Shown: in pieces, positions 18,990 through 51,330 of the stretch | Numbering within the stretch: position 1 is the first letter of the stretch | Layout of the letters: each line of letters starts with the position of its first letter | Source of the DNA: the human T2T-CHM13v2.0 reference genome, Homo sapiens | DNA: 64,000 nucleotides | Assembly (NCBI RefSeq): GCF_009914755.1 | Contig: NC_060938.1 | Strand: one strand, 5' to 3' | Position numbers and translations under genes: made by a program | Notes under the pieces: generated by a model | What the model was told of the DNA's origin: nothing | What the model saw: only the letters and a program-made list of their open reading frames with translations | The model's database searches: none

Positions 18990-19395
18990 ACAGCCATAAA
19001 AAAAAAAAAAAAAAAAAAAAACATGTCCTTTGCAGCAACTGGAGCTGCTGGATGCTGCTGGGGGCCATTATCCTAAACGAATTTATGCAAAAACAGAAAA
19101 CCAAGTATTGCATGTTCTCACTTATAAGTGGGAGCTAAATCTTGCGTTGGGAGCTAAATCTTGCGTAGGGAGCTAAATACTGGGTTCACAGGAACAAAAA
19201 GTTGGGAACAATAGACACTAGGTACTCCAAAAGGAGGAAAAGAGAGAGAGGGGCAAGAGCTGAAAAACTTCCTATTGGGTACAATGTTTACTACCTAGAT
19301 GGCAGGATCAATAGAAGCCCAAACCTCAGCATCATGCAATATACCCTGAAACAAACCTGCACATGTACCCCGTGAATCTACAATAAAAACAAATT
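18990..19395 (+). mobile_element. L1 (L1MA/PA-like) 3' end fragment
   Basis: CATGTTCTCACTTATAAGTGGGAGCTAAA ... ACAAACCTGCACATGTACCCCGTGAATCTA motifs of the L1 3'UTR. Confidence 0.75.
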
Positions 19396-19426
19396 TAACA
19401 ACAAAAAGTCACACTTCTCACAATAA

Positions 19427-19654
<228 letters not shown>

Positions 19655-20857
19655 TAGTAGAGACGGGGTTTCTCCATGTTGATCAGGTTGGTCTCGAACT
19701 CCCGACCTCAGGTGATCCACCCTCCTCGGCCTCCCAAAGTGTTGGGGTTACAGGCGTGAGCCACCGCGCCCGGCCATATTGTCCTTCAAGCAAAAAAGAC
19801 ACAGGTTTGCTTCCCCCTTCCCCTCATTTCCTACTTAACAATGAAGACTCCAATGTATTATGAAGTCTTATTAACAAAAGCATGCTTCCATTGGAAAGAA
19901 TGTAATGTTTTCCCAACTCACAAAACTTCCACCTAAAAAACCGGAACTAAGCCTCTTAAGACTAAAACAGCTTTGGAGAAATTCCCAAAGGCTTCCTTTT
20001 TTATTTTGCATGTTTACATCCTAAAATACATTTCAGCTTTTCCTAACTTAATACTAAAATATGCCCTCAACACCATGAGTTCAGGGGCATATCCAGCACA
20101 CATTTTCTAAGTAAACACTGAAAGCATGCCCTTTCTGCCCCTGTGAATACAAAGATGACTTGGTTGTTCTGGGCCACTGCTGTCACTCCTTCCCAGCATT
20201 AAACACATGCTCATAACAAGATAAACCATCCCCACTCAAACCAAAGTGGGCAAAGATATATTCACATAAAAGCCATCAAGATGATTTTCCTTTCGGTAGA
20301 AAATCCTTTATTGCTCAATCAAGTTTAGAGTATTGATTGGTTTCTAATCACCACCGTGTACAAAATAAATATAAATAGGAAGCACTGCAAAATATCTAGA
20401 GTCCTTTTAAACAAGAATATACCAAAACCCAATTGAAATGCCTTTATGCCAACTGACTGATTTACAAGGTTATTCATTTGAGGGGGAAATATCAAGATCA
20501 TAAACTATCTGAATACCTACTGATAAAAGCTAAATAAATTATAGTAGGTACATAAATTAGAATACTGAGTTACCATTATACCCTGAAAACCTACTGAAAA
20601 AATATATTTTTTTAAAAAAATAATTTTTAAAGAATACTATGTTACCATTATGAAGAATGTGAACACTCTACTCATGGAACTTAAGTGGAAAAAGTAAGAC
20701 ACATAGTAGAGTAGGTATAGTAAAAGGGAAGGATACCTACACATATTTGCTTATATGCATAAAATATCTTAGTAACACTGTTATGAGGGAGAGGAATTGG
20801 ATGGCTTAGGGAAGGGGATAAGAAACTTTGATATCTTTTGAATTTTGAACCATGTGA

Positions 20858-21101
<244 letters not shown>

Positions 21102-22146
21102 TAACAATGCTTGAGAATTATAAAAATTATGGGAGGCCTACAAATACCTATTACTACATTCGATTAACTGGTTTATTATTTGTCTTTCTCACACTTTCTG
21201 CCTATAAGAATATCCAACACAAACATCACATTAAAATTAACATGTACCAAAAGAAAGGAATTCAGTGAAATGACATTGAAGGTCACTAAGCAAAACTTTT
21301 TATGAGAAAACAGATATCCAAAATACTTGCTGTAAATAAATAAGTACTGCTTACTTCTAAAGGTACCTAACATTTATTACACACCAACTAGAGCCTAGTT
21401 TTTATATATTTTATCTGATCTTGGAAAGCTAAGCCTCGGAATGGCTCACTGCTTCTCCCAAGGTCACCAGAGCTGTAAACTGTGGCGCTGGAATTTAAAT
21501 CTAGAGGCTTGCCCTGAACTAAGGTCCCTAATCTTTTTCCATAGCTTTTAAGGACACAATCACCACAGTGGCAACATTAAAAATTAGGAGCTCCTTTTAA
21601 GGCTTATCTGTCTTCAGAGTTTGCTGCCCAGGTTCACCAAGAAAGCCGAAATGATCTGAGCGAAGGCCAGGAGAAAGACAAGGTACGCTGCAGCTTCCAC
21701 AAACCCAGTAAGGACCTGGGCCCTCTAGACACTCACCGGAGAATTAAACTCTACTGAGCTGAACGCCTTCTCCCGAAATCTGACCTCACCCAGGGAGATA
21801 TAAATCAAAACAGCATTAGGATGATAATATCTTTCCCGCCAAGCAAAATGAAGCCGGCGTTTTCCAAGAACACACGCACTGTGCACATGAAGCACAGTCT
21901 ATTGTTCCTGGGTCACCAGGACTCGGAGACGGAAGGCAAACCCAGTACTGCAGAGGCCCACGTGGAAACAAGCCAGGAAGAGCATTTCACTGCCTTCTCC
22001 CAACCTCCACACAGCCGAAATTAATCTCCTTGCGACTCACACACACTCCTATGCCGACTTGAAATAAAGGCCTGCCACCTGGGTATATAACTCAAATGGA
22101 AGAGAAATTCAAAACAATTAGAGAGCAAAATTAAGCGCACACTCAC

Positions 22147-22191
22147 CAGCCCACCAAAACGGAGAGGGAAAGAAAGTGGAGAGACAGGAAG
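22147..22191 (-). other. CCNB1IP1: CCNB1IP1 first (non-coding) exon with 5'-terminal oligopyrimidine (TOP/TCT-like) start
   Basis: Minus strand CTTCCTGTCTCTCCACTTTCTTTCCCTCTCCGTTTTGGTGGGCTG|gtgagt. The exact TSS cannot be fixed from sequence. Confidence 0.75.
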
Positions 22192-22290
22192 TCGCCTTGG
22201 GAAGTGTCTTCAGAACCTGATTGGCTAATGAGTTCAAGAGGATTCCCTCCTCCTTTACCTTAAAAGGTGCTGAAATGACGTAACCCACTC
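22185..22290 (-). promoter_or_regulatory. CCNB1IP1: CCNB1IP1 proximal promoter
   Basis: ETS CAGGAAGT (22185-22192), CCAAT box (22224-22220), ATF/CRE-like TGACGTAA (22276-22283). Confidence 0.6.
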
Positions 22291-23836
22291 CACCCCTCTT
22301 TATGGACCAGTGATGCTTCTTGCACTATTTTTGGAGTGAACTTCTTAAACCGAGTTTCCTTTTGAGTTAATGTACTTAGGCAAAAACAGGCTAATTTAAG
22401 CTATTTATACACGTTGTTGTTTGCGTGGGCCTACTGCATTCTATTCTAAAGAATTTTCATCCCTTAAGGGTAATTTCTTATCCTTTGTGACCTCAACATG
22501 CTTAACTTATGCTAGGCAACAGATTCCATTATAAACAGTCTAGATCGATTCAAGTTAAAATTTACCTTCATTTTTTCCCCCCAGATCCAAAGCTGGCCTG
22601 ATAAAATTTACCTTCAGGTAATCTTTGAACTAACAGGCTTAGTAGATAAAAGGTAGGTGGGTTAAGTGTTTTAGGCTTCAAATAAAATTTAGCTGATTTT
22701 GAATCTGAACCTTGCCACTTATTTGCACACATCTAAGCCTCAGTTCCAACTATAAAAAGAGGGAAAAAAGATGAAATCTTCCTACTCTGATGGTTATGAG
22801 GATTAAGTAAAATAATTTATATAATGTACTCAGTACAATGCCCGGTACACAGTACTCAACAATGTTAGCTGTTATTATTGTTATTACATATTTCTTGTTA
22901 GATTTATATTCCCAAGTAGACTATAAACAACTGGAGATCAAAGTGTACGTTTTACACATCTCCAGACAAAAACAATGACTTTCAATGCTGAGGACATAAT
23001 TGATTAATCAATTATTTTGACTCCTCACATCGCCCTCCAGTTAAAGTATAGGTTCTTACTCTGTTAAATTTTTTTTTTTTTTGAAACAGGGTCTCACTTC
23101 GTGTCCCAGGCTGGAGTGCAGTGGTGAAATCTCGACTCACTGTAGCCTTGACCTCCCAGGTTCAAGCGATCTCCTGCCTCAGTAAGTAGCTGGGACTACA
23201 GGCGTGCACCATCACACCCAGCTAATTTTTGTATTTTTTTGTAGAGATGGGGTTTCGCCATGTTGCCCAAGCTGAAAGATTTCTTTTTAAGCCATAATTA
23301 GAGGACTCCCCGGCACAATATTCATCATTATTCTTAATAAATACTATTATAGTAATAGGGAATATATATACAAGTATGTGTTATATGTACAAATATACAT
23401 GTAATGTGCAAATGTTTGAAGTATAAAGATTCAAGTTATACGGAGAAATGATACAACTCTAACTCATAGTAGTTCTCATTTTTTAATCATTTCATCCTAT
23501 CCACCCTGCTTCCACCTTACTAGAAATTACCTATTCCAATCCACTTTAGAGTTTACCTGCCCCAAATTTCCCAACATTTAGCATCAAATGCTAATTTGTT
23601 ATTTCATAATTGATTTATTGTAACTTCTAGAGTCAAAACATTTCTTGAATGTTTACTATAAATATTCAAGAAATGTAATATTCATTACCTTGTTTAATCT
23701 TCACATTAACCCAAGAATGTAAGCACTTTCATTATAACTATTTCACCAAAAAAAAAAAAAAAAAAGGAAACAGAGTTATAGAGATTAAGGAATTTGTCTA
23801 TTTAGCAAGTGGTAAAGTCAGGATTCAGATCCCAGT

Positions 23837-24877
<1,041 letters not shown>

Positions 24878-26366
24878 GCAGCCATCCAACTTGACAGCCC
24901 AAACTCAACCACCACATTGCACTGCTTCCTATATTGTGTGATTTCAGAAAACCTTAGAAAGTACAATATTCTTTTCAAATTCCCATTAAATATCTAACAT
25001 TTCTTTATGATATTCTGTATTCCAGGCTTTAATACTTATAATAATCCATGATGAAATTCTCTTCAGCTGGTAACATCAAAATTTTGTGCTCTGTAAAATA
25101 ACTTTGAAATTGTTTAAAAGTCGATAGATTCCTGGGGCCAGGTGTGGTAGGTCACATCTGTAGTCCCAATACTTGGTAGGTGGAGGCAGAAGGAGCGCTT
25201 GAGCCCAAGAGTTTGAGGGCAGCCTGGGCAGCATGGTAAAACAACTGTCTCTACAAACAATAAAAATAAAAAATTGCCAAGAGTGGTGATGCCTCTATAG
25301 TCCCAGCTACTAAGGTAGGCTGAGTCGGGAAGAGAGCATGAGCCCAGAAGGTAGAGGTTGTAGTGAGCTGTGTTTACACCACTGCACTCTAGCCTGGGCA
25401 ACAGAGTGAGACCCTGTTTCAAAAAAAAGTAGATTCCTGGGACACACGTTCAGAGATTCTAATTCAGTGGGTGGGACTCAGGAATATGTATTTTAATAAG
25501 CACCCTCAGGTACTTCCGGTAGATTTGAGGCTCACCCTTTGGAGAACACCAACTGAATGACTATCGTTTAAGGATGTTATCACTGAAAGGGTGGTGGGGT
25601 TGAGGGATAAGGACTACATGCTGAGTACAGTGTACACTGCTCTGGTGATGGGCGCACTAAAATCTCAGAAATCACCAGTAACCAAACACCACCTGCTCCC
25701 CAAAAACCTATTGAAATAAAAAATAAATTTAAAAAAAGGAAAAAAGGGATGTTATCACTGCTGAAGTGAGTAAACTCTTGGAAAAGGCAGCACTCTAAAA
25801 ATTTCATTTATAATTTATTCAAAATGAAGAATTGAGAATGGCCATTTGTCTGTAATTAAAAATTAAGCATCTCCTTTGCAAGTTTACATTTGGTTATCCA
25901 CCCTGGAGAACTATTGTGCTCAAATGGGCATGTTCAAGGAAGGATGTTCCTTGTAGCACTGGTTATGACAGCAAAACAATTAGAAACACCCATGTCTATT
26001 CAAAGATCATTAAATCATGATACAACTATTCCTTGGCGGCAGGGGTGGTTAATGGGTACAAAAAAATCGTTAGAAAGAATGAATAAAACCTACTATTTGA
26101 TAGCACAATAGGGTGACTATAGTCAATAATGACTTAATTGTACATTTTAAAATAACTGAAAGACTGTCCATGGATAAAGGTTTCAGGGGATGGATACCCC
26201 ATTCTCCAGGATGTGTTTATTTCACATTGCACATAAAACATCTCATGTGCTGGGTGCGGCGGCTCACGCCTGTAATCCCAGCACTTTGGGAGGCCAAGGC
26301 GGGTGGATCACGAGGTCAAGAGTTCAAGACCAGCATGACCAACATGGTGAAACCCTATCTCTACTA

Positions 26367-26572
<206 letters not shown>

Positions 26573-29500
26573 TTATACACCTATTATGTACCCACAACAT
26601 TTTTTAAATGATACAACCATTCTATGAGATACTACCCAGTAGTTAAACAGAATGAAGTAAATCTGCATGTACTGACATGAAAACATCTCCAATGCATATG
26701 AAGTGAAAATAGCCAAGAATAACACCATGTAATATGCTCACATTTATGTAACACTTCTCCCCCCCCACAAAAAATGCAAAATAGAATAATTCTGTATGTG
26801 CACATTTTTGCAAGTAAATGAAAAGAAAATAGTCTGGAAAGAGACACACCAAACTGCTAACAAGTTACTCCAAGGAGAAGGATTGAGGGAATTAAGGGAG
26901 GAGCTTTTTGGTTTTGAATATCTGCAATGTTTTACGAGAAGAATGTGTTCGTGTTTAAAAAATAAAACAGTACCTCTCCACAAAATAAGGGTAGAGATCC
27001 AAGAGTAGGTTTCAATTTAGAGGGGAGAAGAGAAAAGTAGGAGACCCCAACCCCCTAAGGCAGCAAAGGACAGGCTTCAAAGGCTAAATGGACACCACAT
27101 TGAATGCCTATCCCCCAAGTTGAACCTAGGACTCCAGAGATTGGGCCTTCTACATGTTCAACACCTCCTACCCCAACTCTGAGCTACTACTTTCCCCCTT
27201 TTAATACGTCTCAGAACTCTCTCCATTTTAAATTAATATCTCTTGAGGATCCTTTCCTTCCAAAGTTGTAGCAAAGTAGAAGGTTCTCATCAACATCCCT
27301 TTCCTAGCTATTCCTGAAGACATGTATGCAAATTCCTTTAAATGGTGGTCCTGATCCGCAGCTTTGCTGATCACTTTTGGAAAATTGGCAAATAAATAAT
27401 AAATTTGGAAATTTGTTTATAACATCAGGCAATATAATATATAAATAAATATAAATAAGTTTGGAAACATATTTATAACATCAGGCAATATAATAAACCA
27501 TACTTGTGGAATTTCAAAGCTTTTAAAATCTTACTAGTTTCCTTCAATTACTGATCTTTTTGATTCTGAATTTCTTTTTTAAACAACTCTCAAGATCCAC
27601 CTCTTTGAATAAGGTAGGAAAGAGAAATCCTCAAGACAGTGAAGTTCAATAAAGTCTCACCTTTCCTTCAGAACCCACCCTCTTTTTCAAGTCATACCCC
27701 TTGCTCCTTGACACCCTGTCTTATTTAGTATCTCATTCAACAAATATCATTGAAAGCTAGATACTGTTCCAGGCATTGGTTACAGAGCAGGAAACAAAAT
27801 ACACAAAGCCCTGGCTCACTTGGAGCTTACAGTCTATTGGAGAGAGTCAGATCTCCTAAAAATTAAACAAATATATGTTAAGTTGTAATTAGTACTCTGG
27901 AAAAAAATAAAGCAGACTAAGAGGCTACAAGTGATAATGGGAGTGATGTTATTTATATCAAGGAAGGCACCACTGCTACTAAGAACAAAGACCTGAAGAA
28001 AGTCAGGGATCAATCTTGTTAGCTGGAAGAAGAGTAGACCAGGTAGAGAGAACAGAAGCCTGTAGGGAGAAGAGTGACTGGTATGTTTGAGACAAAGTGG
28101 AAAGAGGCCAGAGTGCCTAACAGGAGTAAGCAAAGGGAAAAATAGTAGCAGATGAAATCAAAGCACTGGGGTAAGAAGCAGATCATATAGAGCCTGGTCA
28201 AGCCACAGCATTTGAGATGGGGAGCCACTGGAACAAAAATCTAACATGATCTAACTTTCATTTTATTTATTTATTTTTAAATTTATCTTATTTTTTAGAC
28301 AGGGTCTTACCCTATTGCCCACACTGGAGTGAAGCAGGGGAATTGCTTGAAACCCGGAGGCAGAGGTTGCAGTGAGCTGAGATCACACCACTGCACTCCA
28401 TCTGTAAAAATAAAGTAATTCTAGATAACGTGATGTCTTATCAGAAAATACTATAGCATGCTTTTTTTAAAGAACTTTTTTTTTCCTTTTGAGAAAGGGT
28501 CTTACTCTATCACCCAGGCTGGAGTACAGTGGCATGATCACAGCTCACAGCAGCCTTGACCTCTCAGGCTCAAGTGATAAATTATACAGCTAATTTTTGC
28601 ACTTTTTGTAGAGTCGGGTTTCGCCATGTTGCCCAGGCTGGTCTTGAACTCCTGGGCTCAAGCAATCCTCCTGCCTGAAGTTCTGACTGCTGAGATTACA
28701 GGCATGAGCCCCCACACCTACCCTAAAGGACATTTTAAAATCATAACTAGAATATCATTATTTTAAACCTAACTAGAATACCATTATAATATCTAATAAA
28801 TAATTCCCTAAAATCATCCAATTTCCAGTCCATATCCACATATCCCCATTTATTGCTGGCTTGTTCAAACCAGCATCCAAACATTGCATTTGGCTGTTAG
28901 GCTTCAAATGTCTCTTTTACTCTAAAACAGTCCTAACAATTTTTTTTTTACATAATAGTATGAAGAGAGTAGGCCAGTTGTCCTGTCGAATATTAATTTG
29001 TATTTTTCATACTATGTGAGCCTGAATATCTTTTCCATGCACTTATTTATCAAATGCAAACTGTTTATTAATATCTTTCATCCACTTATCTATAGAGGTT
29101 TTGGTTTTAATTATGAAAATAAATTTGTTGGTTTCTTCCAGGCTTTTTTTGTTTTTGTTTTTCAGACAGAGTCTCGCTCTCGTCACCTAGGCTGGAGTGC
29201 AGTGGTGCGATCTTGGCTCACTGCAACCTCCGCCTCCCCAGTTCAAGCTTCTCCTGCCTCAGCCTCCTGAGTAGCTAGGATTACAGGCACCCACCACCAT
29301 GCCCAGCTAATTTTGTGCTAGAGAGGGGGTTTCACCATGTTGGCCAGGCTGGTCTCGAACTCCTCACCTCAGGTGATCCGCCTGCCTTGGCCTCCCAAAG
29401 AGGTGGGATTACAGGCATGAGCCACCGCACCCAGCCGGTTTCTTCCAGTTATTGGTGACATGCTTCAGTACTATTTTAGTTACACTTGTTCTGTATTTGA

Positions 29501-29715
29501 CTATAAAGAAGTTATATCTTCACAATATATTTTCAGTAATTCTCACTCTGACCACCATAATAACTAAAAAAGAAAAAGAATCAATAAAAACTTTAAAAAT
29601 ACATTTTTAAAAATGTGTGTGGGATGGTAACTACTGTCATGAAACAGAATACATTAGCCTAGTAGATAACAACATAATTTGGAGTCACCCAGATCTGGCC
29701 CTGCCTTTTAGGAAC

Positions 29716-30376
<661 letters not shown>

Positions 30377-30965
30377 TGTGTGATCTTGAATAAATTAAAT
30401 TTTTCTAAAGCTCAGTTTCCTCAACTATAAATGGAGATAATAACATATGCCTCATGAGGTTGTTGTGAGAATTAAATAATGTATGTAAAGCTCATAGCAT
30501 AGTAAGAACTAAATAAATTCTGGCTATTATTCTTATGAAGATTAAATGAGGTTATGCATGTAAAGCATTAGCTCAGCCTCTAGTACACAAGAAAGTTCTA
30601 CTAAGTATTAGCTATTTTTAGTAAATTTTCATTTCATAAAGGCTTATATTTTTCCTATCTCCAAAGTATTTCCTTTTAGACCTAGTCTAATTTATTTGTG
30701 TCATAATTAAGTCAGATGTAACAGGCTTTGTACCGCTGAAACAGGTTAAGCAATCCTATCCAACAACATTTATTGAGCACTTACATTTTGTTAGATTTAT
30801 TTCCAACTACTTGATATGCTTTGGTGTTATTGTAAATGCTACCTTATCCAAAAATTTTATTTATAGTTGTTTGAAGCTCTTTTATAAGCATGGAATTTAT
30901 TTTCACACGCTATTTTCTATCAGTCTTGCTAGGCTTTGTATTAAGGTAAAATTTTTATCCTGTAG

Positions 30966-31322
<357 letters not shown>

Positions 31323-31539
31323 TAACAGATACTATGCTATCCTAACAATATGTTTCTAAATGATATTAGTGCCAAAACCAGGATTACCCAGTGATTTTGT
31401 TAATACAGGCTTATTGAATCGGAGGGTCTGGGGTGGGGAATTTGCTTAAGTATGCAGTCCCCATACTCGGTGAATCTCATGAAGCCAAACATTTGGGCGC
31501 CCCTCACCTGATGTCACCAAGAACCAGAAGACCAATTAG

Positions 31540-31929
<390 letters not shown>

Positions 31930-31965
31930 CGGTTTCGTTTTGTTTTTTTTTTTTTTTTTTCCAAA

Positions 31966-32306
31966 AATGGGCGGAGGAGAGTAGTCTGAATTGGGTTATG
32001 AGGTCCCCTGCGGGGTACCTCACCTCAGCCATTGAACTCACTTCGCTGGCCGTGAGTCTGTTCCAAGCTCCGGCAAAGGAGGCATCCGCCGGGCCCCTCC
32101 CCGAAGGGCGGGGTCCACGGCATCTCCTGCCCAGTCTGACCTCGCGCGGAGCCCCGTTCTCTGGGAACTCACCTCCCCGAAGCTCAGGGAGAGCCCTGTT
32201 AGGGCCGCCTCTGGCCCTAGTCTCAGACCTTCCCAAGGGACATGGGAGTGGAGTGACAGGACGCACTCAGCTCGTGGCCCCACTGATGAGCTTCCCTCCG
32301 CCCTAT
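31966..32306 (-). ncRNA. RPPH1: RNase P RNA component H1 (341 nt, Pol III)
   Basis: Minus strand ATAGGGCGGAGGGAAGCTCATCAG...GGAAGGTCTGAGAC...CCCAATTCAGACTACTCTCCTCCGCCCATT; T5 terminator at 31967-31963. Confidence 0.99.
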
Positions 32307-32536
32307 GGGAAAAGATGGTCTCACACAGAACTTATAAGACTCCCAAATCCAAAGACATTTCACGTTTATGGTGATTTCCCAGAACACATAGCGACATGCA
32401 AATATTGCAGGGCGCCACTCCCCTGTCCCTCACAGCCATCTTCCTGCCAGGGCGCACGCGCGCTGGGTGTTCCCGCCTAGTGACACTGGGCCCGCGATTC
32501 CTTGGAGCGGGTTGATGACGTCAGCGTTCGAATTCC
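32307..32536. promoter_or_regulatory. Bidirectional H1/PARP2 promoter (type 3 Pol III plus Pol II)
   Basis: TATA CTTATAAG 32331-32338, PSE 32357-32374, Staf/ZNF143 site ~32376-32393, octamer ATGCAAAT 32396-32403, YY1-like GCCATCTT 32435-32442, E2F-like TTCCCGCC 32470-32477, CRE TGACGTCA 32516-32523. Confidence 0.93.
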
Positions 32537-46704
<14,168 letters not shown>

Positions 46705-46712
46705 ATGTTGAT

Positions 46713-46796
46713 ATTAAATAAACCAGAGATCTGATCTTCAAGCAAGAAAATAAGCAGTGTTGTACTTGTGAATTTTGTGATATTTTATGTAATAAA
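46713..46796 (+). terminator. PARP2: PARP2 polyadenylation signals
   Basis: Overlapping ATTAAA/AATAAA at 46713-46722 and a second AATAAA at 46791-46796. Confidence 0.75.
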
Positions 46797-47291
46797 AACT
46801 GTACAGGTCTACCACTGGCTTCTTCGGGCTTTATTTCTCCAAGAACATATTTCTTCTGACATTAGTAGATCTCCATTTCCAGGACAGAAATTACTCATTG
46901 CTCTGAGGGTTATTCAGTATCCTGTTCTTAGTGGCATCTGTGCATTGAGGGACACTAATGGGGGCGCTAATGCTTTTACCTGTTTAATTCAATTTTTCTG
47001 CAAACTGGAATTTGTTGAGTATTATCACAGGAAGGGTAGAGGCAACAAAGGCTAAGTCGTGTTTTTCTTTCCCATGCATATGTATTCACTTGCCTTTTTC
47101 AAATTTATCCACTGCAGCCTAGGTCTCCCACTACTCAACATCCTAGGACTCATCACATGTCCAAAAATTTGGGAAGCCCTTGGAGGACTGTCACTAAGCC
47201 TGAATACATCTTGAGGAGGAAAGGAAAAAAGTGGAATGAGTTTTTACATAACCTGCTCCAACTAAGAAGTACTAAAGTCCAGGTCAGATCC

Positions 47292-47660
47292 TGATATGGT
47301 TAGGCTTTGTGTCCCCATCCAAATCTCATCTTGAACTGTAATCCCCAGAATCCCCACATTTTAAGGGAGAGACCAGGTGGAGGTAACTGAATCATGGGGG
47401 CAGTTTCCCCCATGCTGTTCTTGTGATAGTGAGTGAGTTCTCACGAGATCTGATGGTTTTATAAGGGGCTCTTCCTACTTCGCTTGGCACTTCTCCTTCC
47501 TGCCACCCTGTGAAGAAGGGCTTCCCCTTCACCTTCCTCTATGATTGTAAATTTCCTGAGGCCTCCTCAGCCATGGTGAACTGTGAGTCAAACCTCTTTC
47601 CTTTATAAATTACCCAGTCTCGGGCAGTTCCTTATAGCAGTATGAAAACAGACTAATACA
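47292..47660 (+). mobile_element. THE1/MSTA-type MaLR solo LTR with intact 5-bp TSD
   Basis: TGATATGGTTAGGCTTTGTGTCCCC ... GACTAATACA flanked by GATCC on both sides (47287-47291, 47661-47665). Confidence 0.85.
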
Positions 47661-47949
47661 GATCCAAAGACTTCCTGATTGTATTTAAACACACAACACA
47701 GATAAACAACACACTTCCTTAAGTAACAGAGAAGTTTGTTTAAATTTTTCCTGTAACTTTTTAGAAACCAGGTTTCCAATATCTATCAAAATTTGAAATG
47801 TTCATGCCCTGTTGACCTAAAACTTACAGATATATATGTTTGCATAGATGTCACTGAGGCATTGGTGTACACAAAAAGATCATAGATAAGGAACTAGTCA
47901 AATATATCTACTCACTGAAGTAACCTGCTATTAAAACTGAAGTAGACTG

Positions 47950-51330
<3,381 letters not shown>

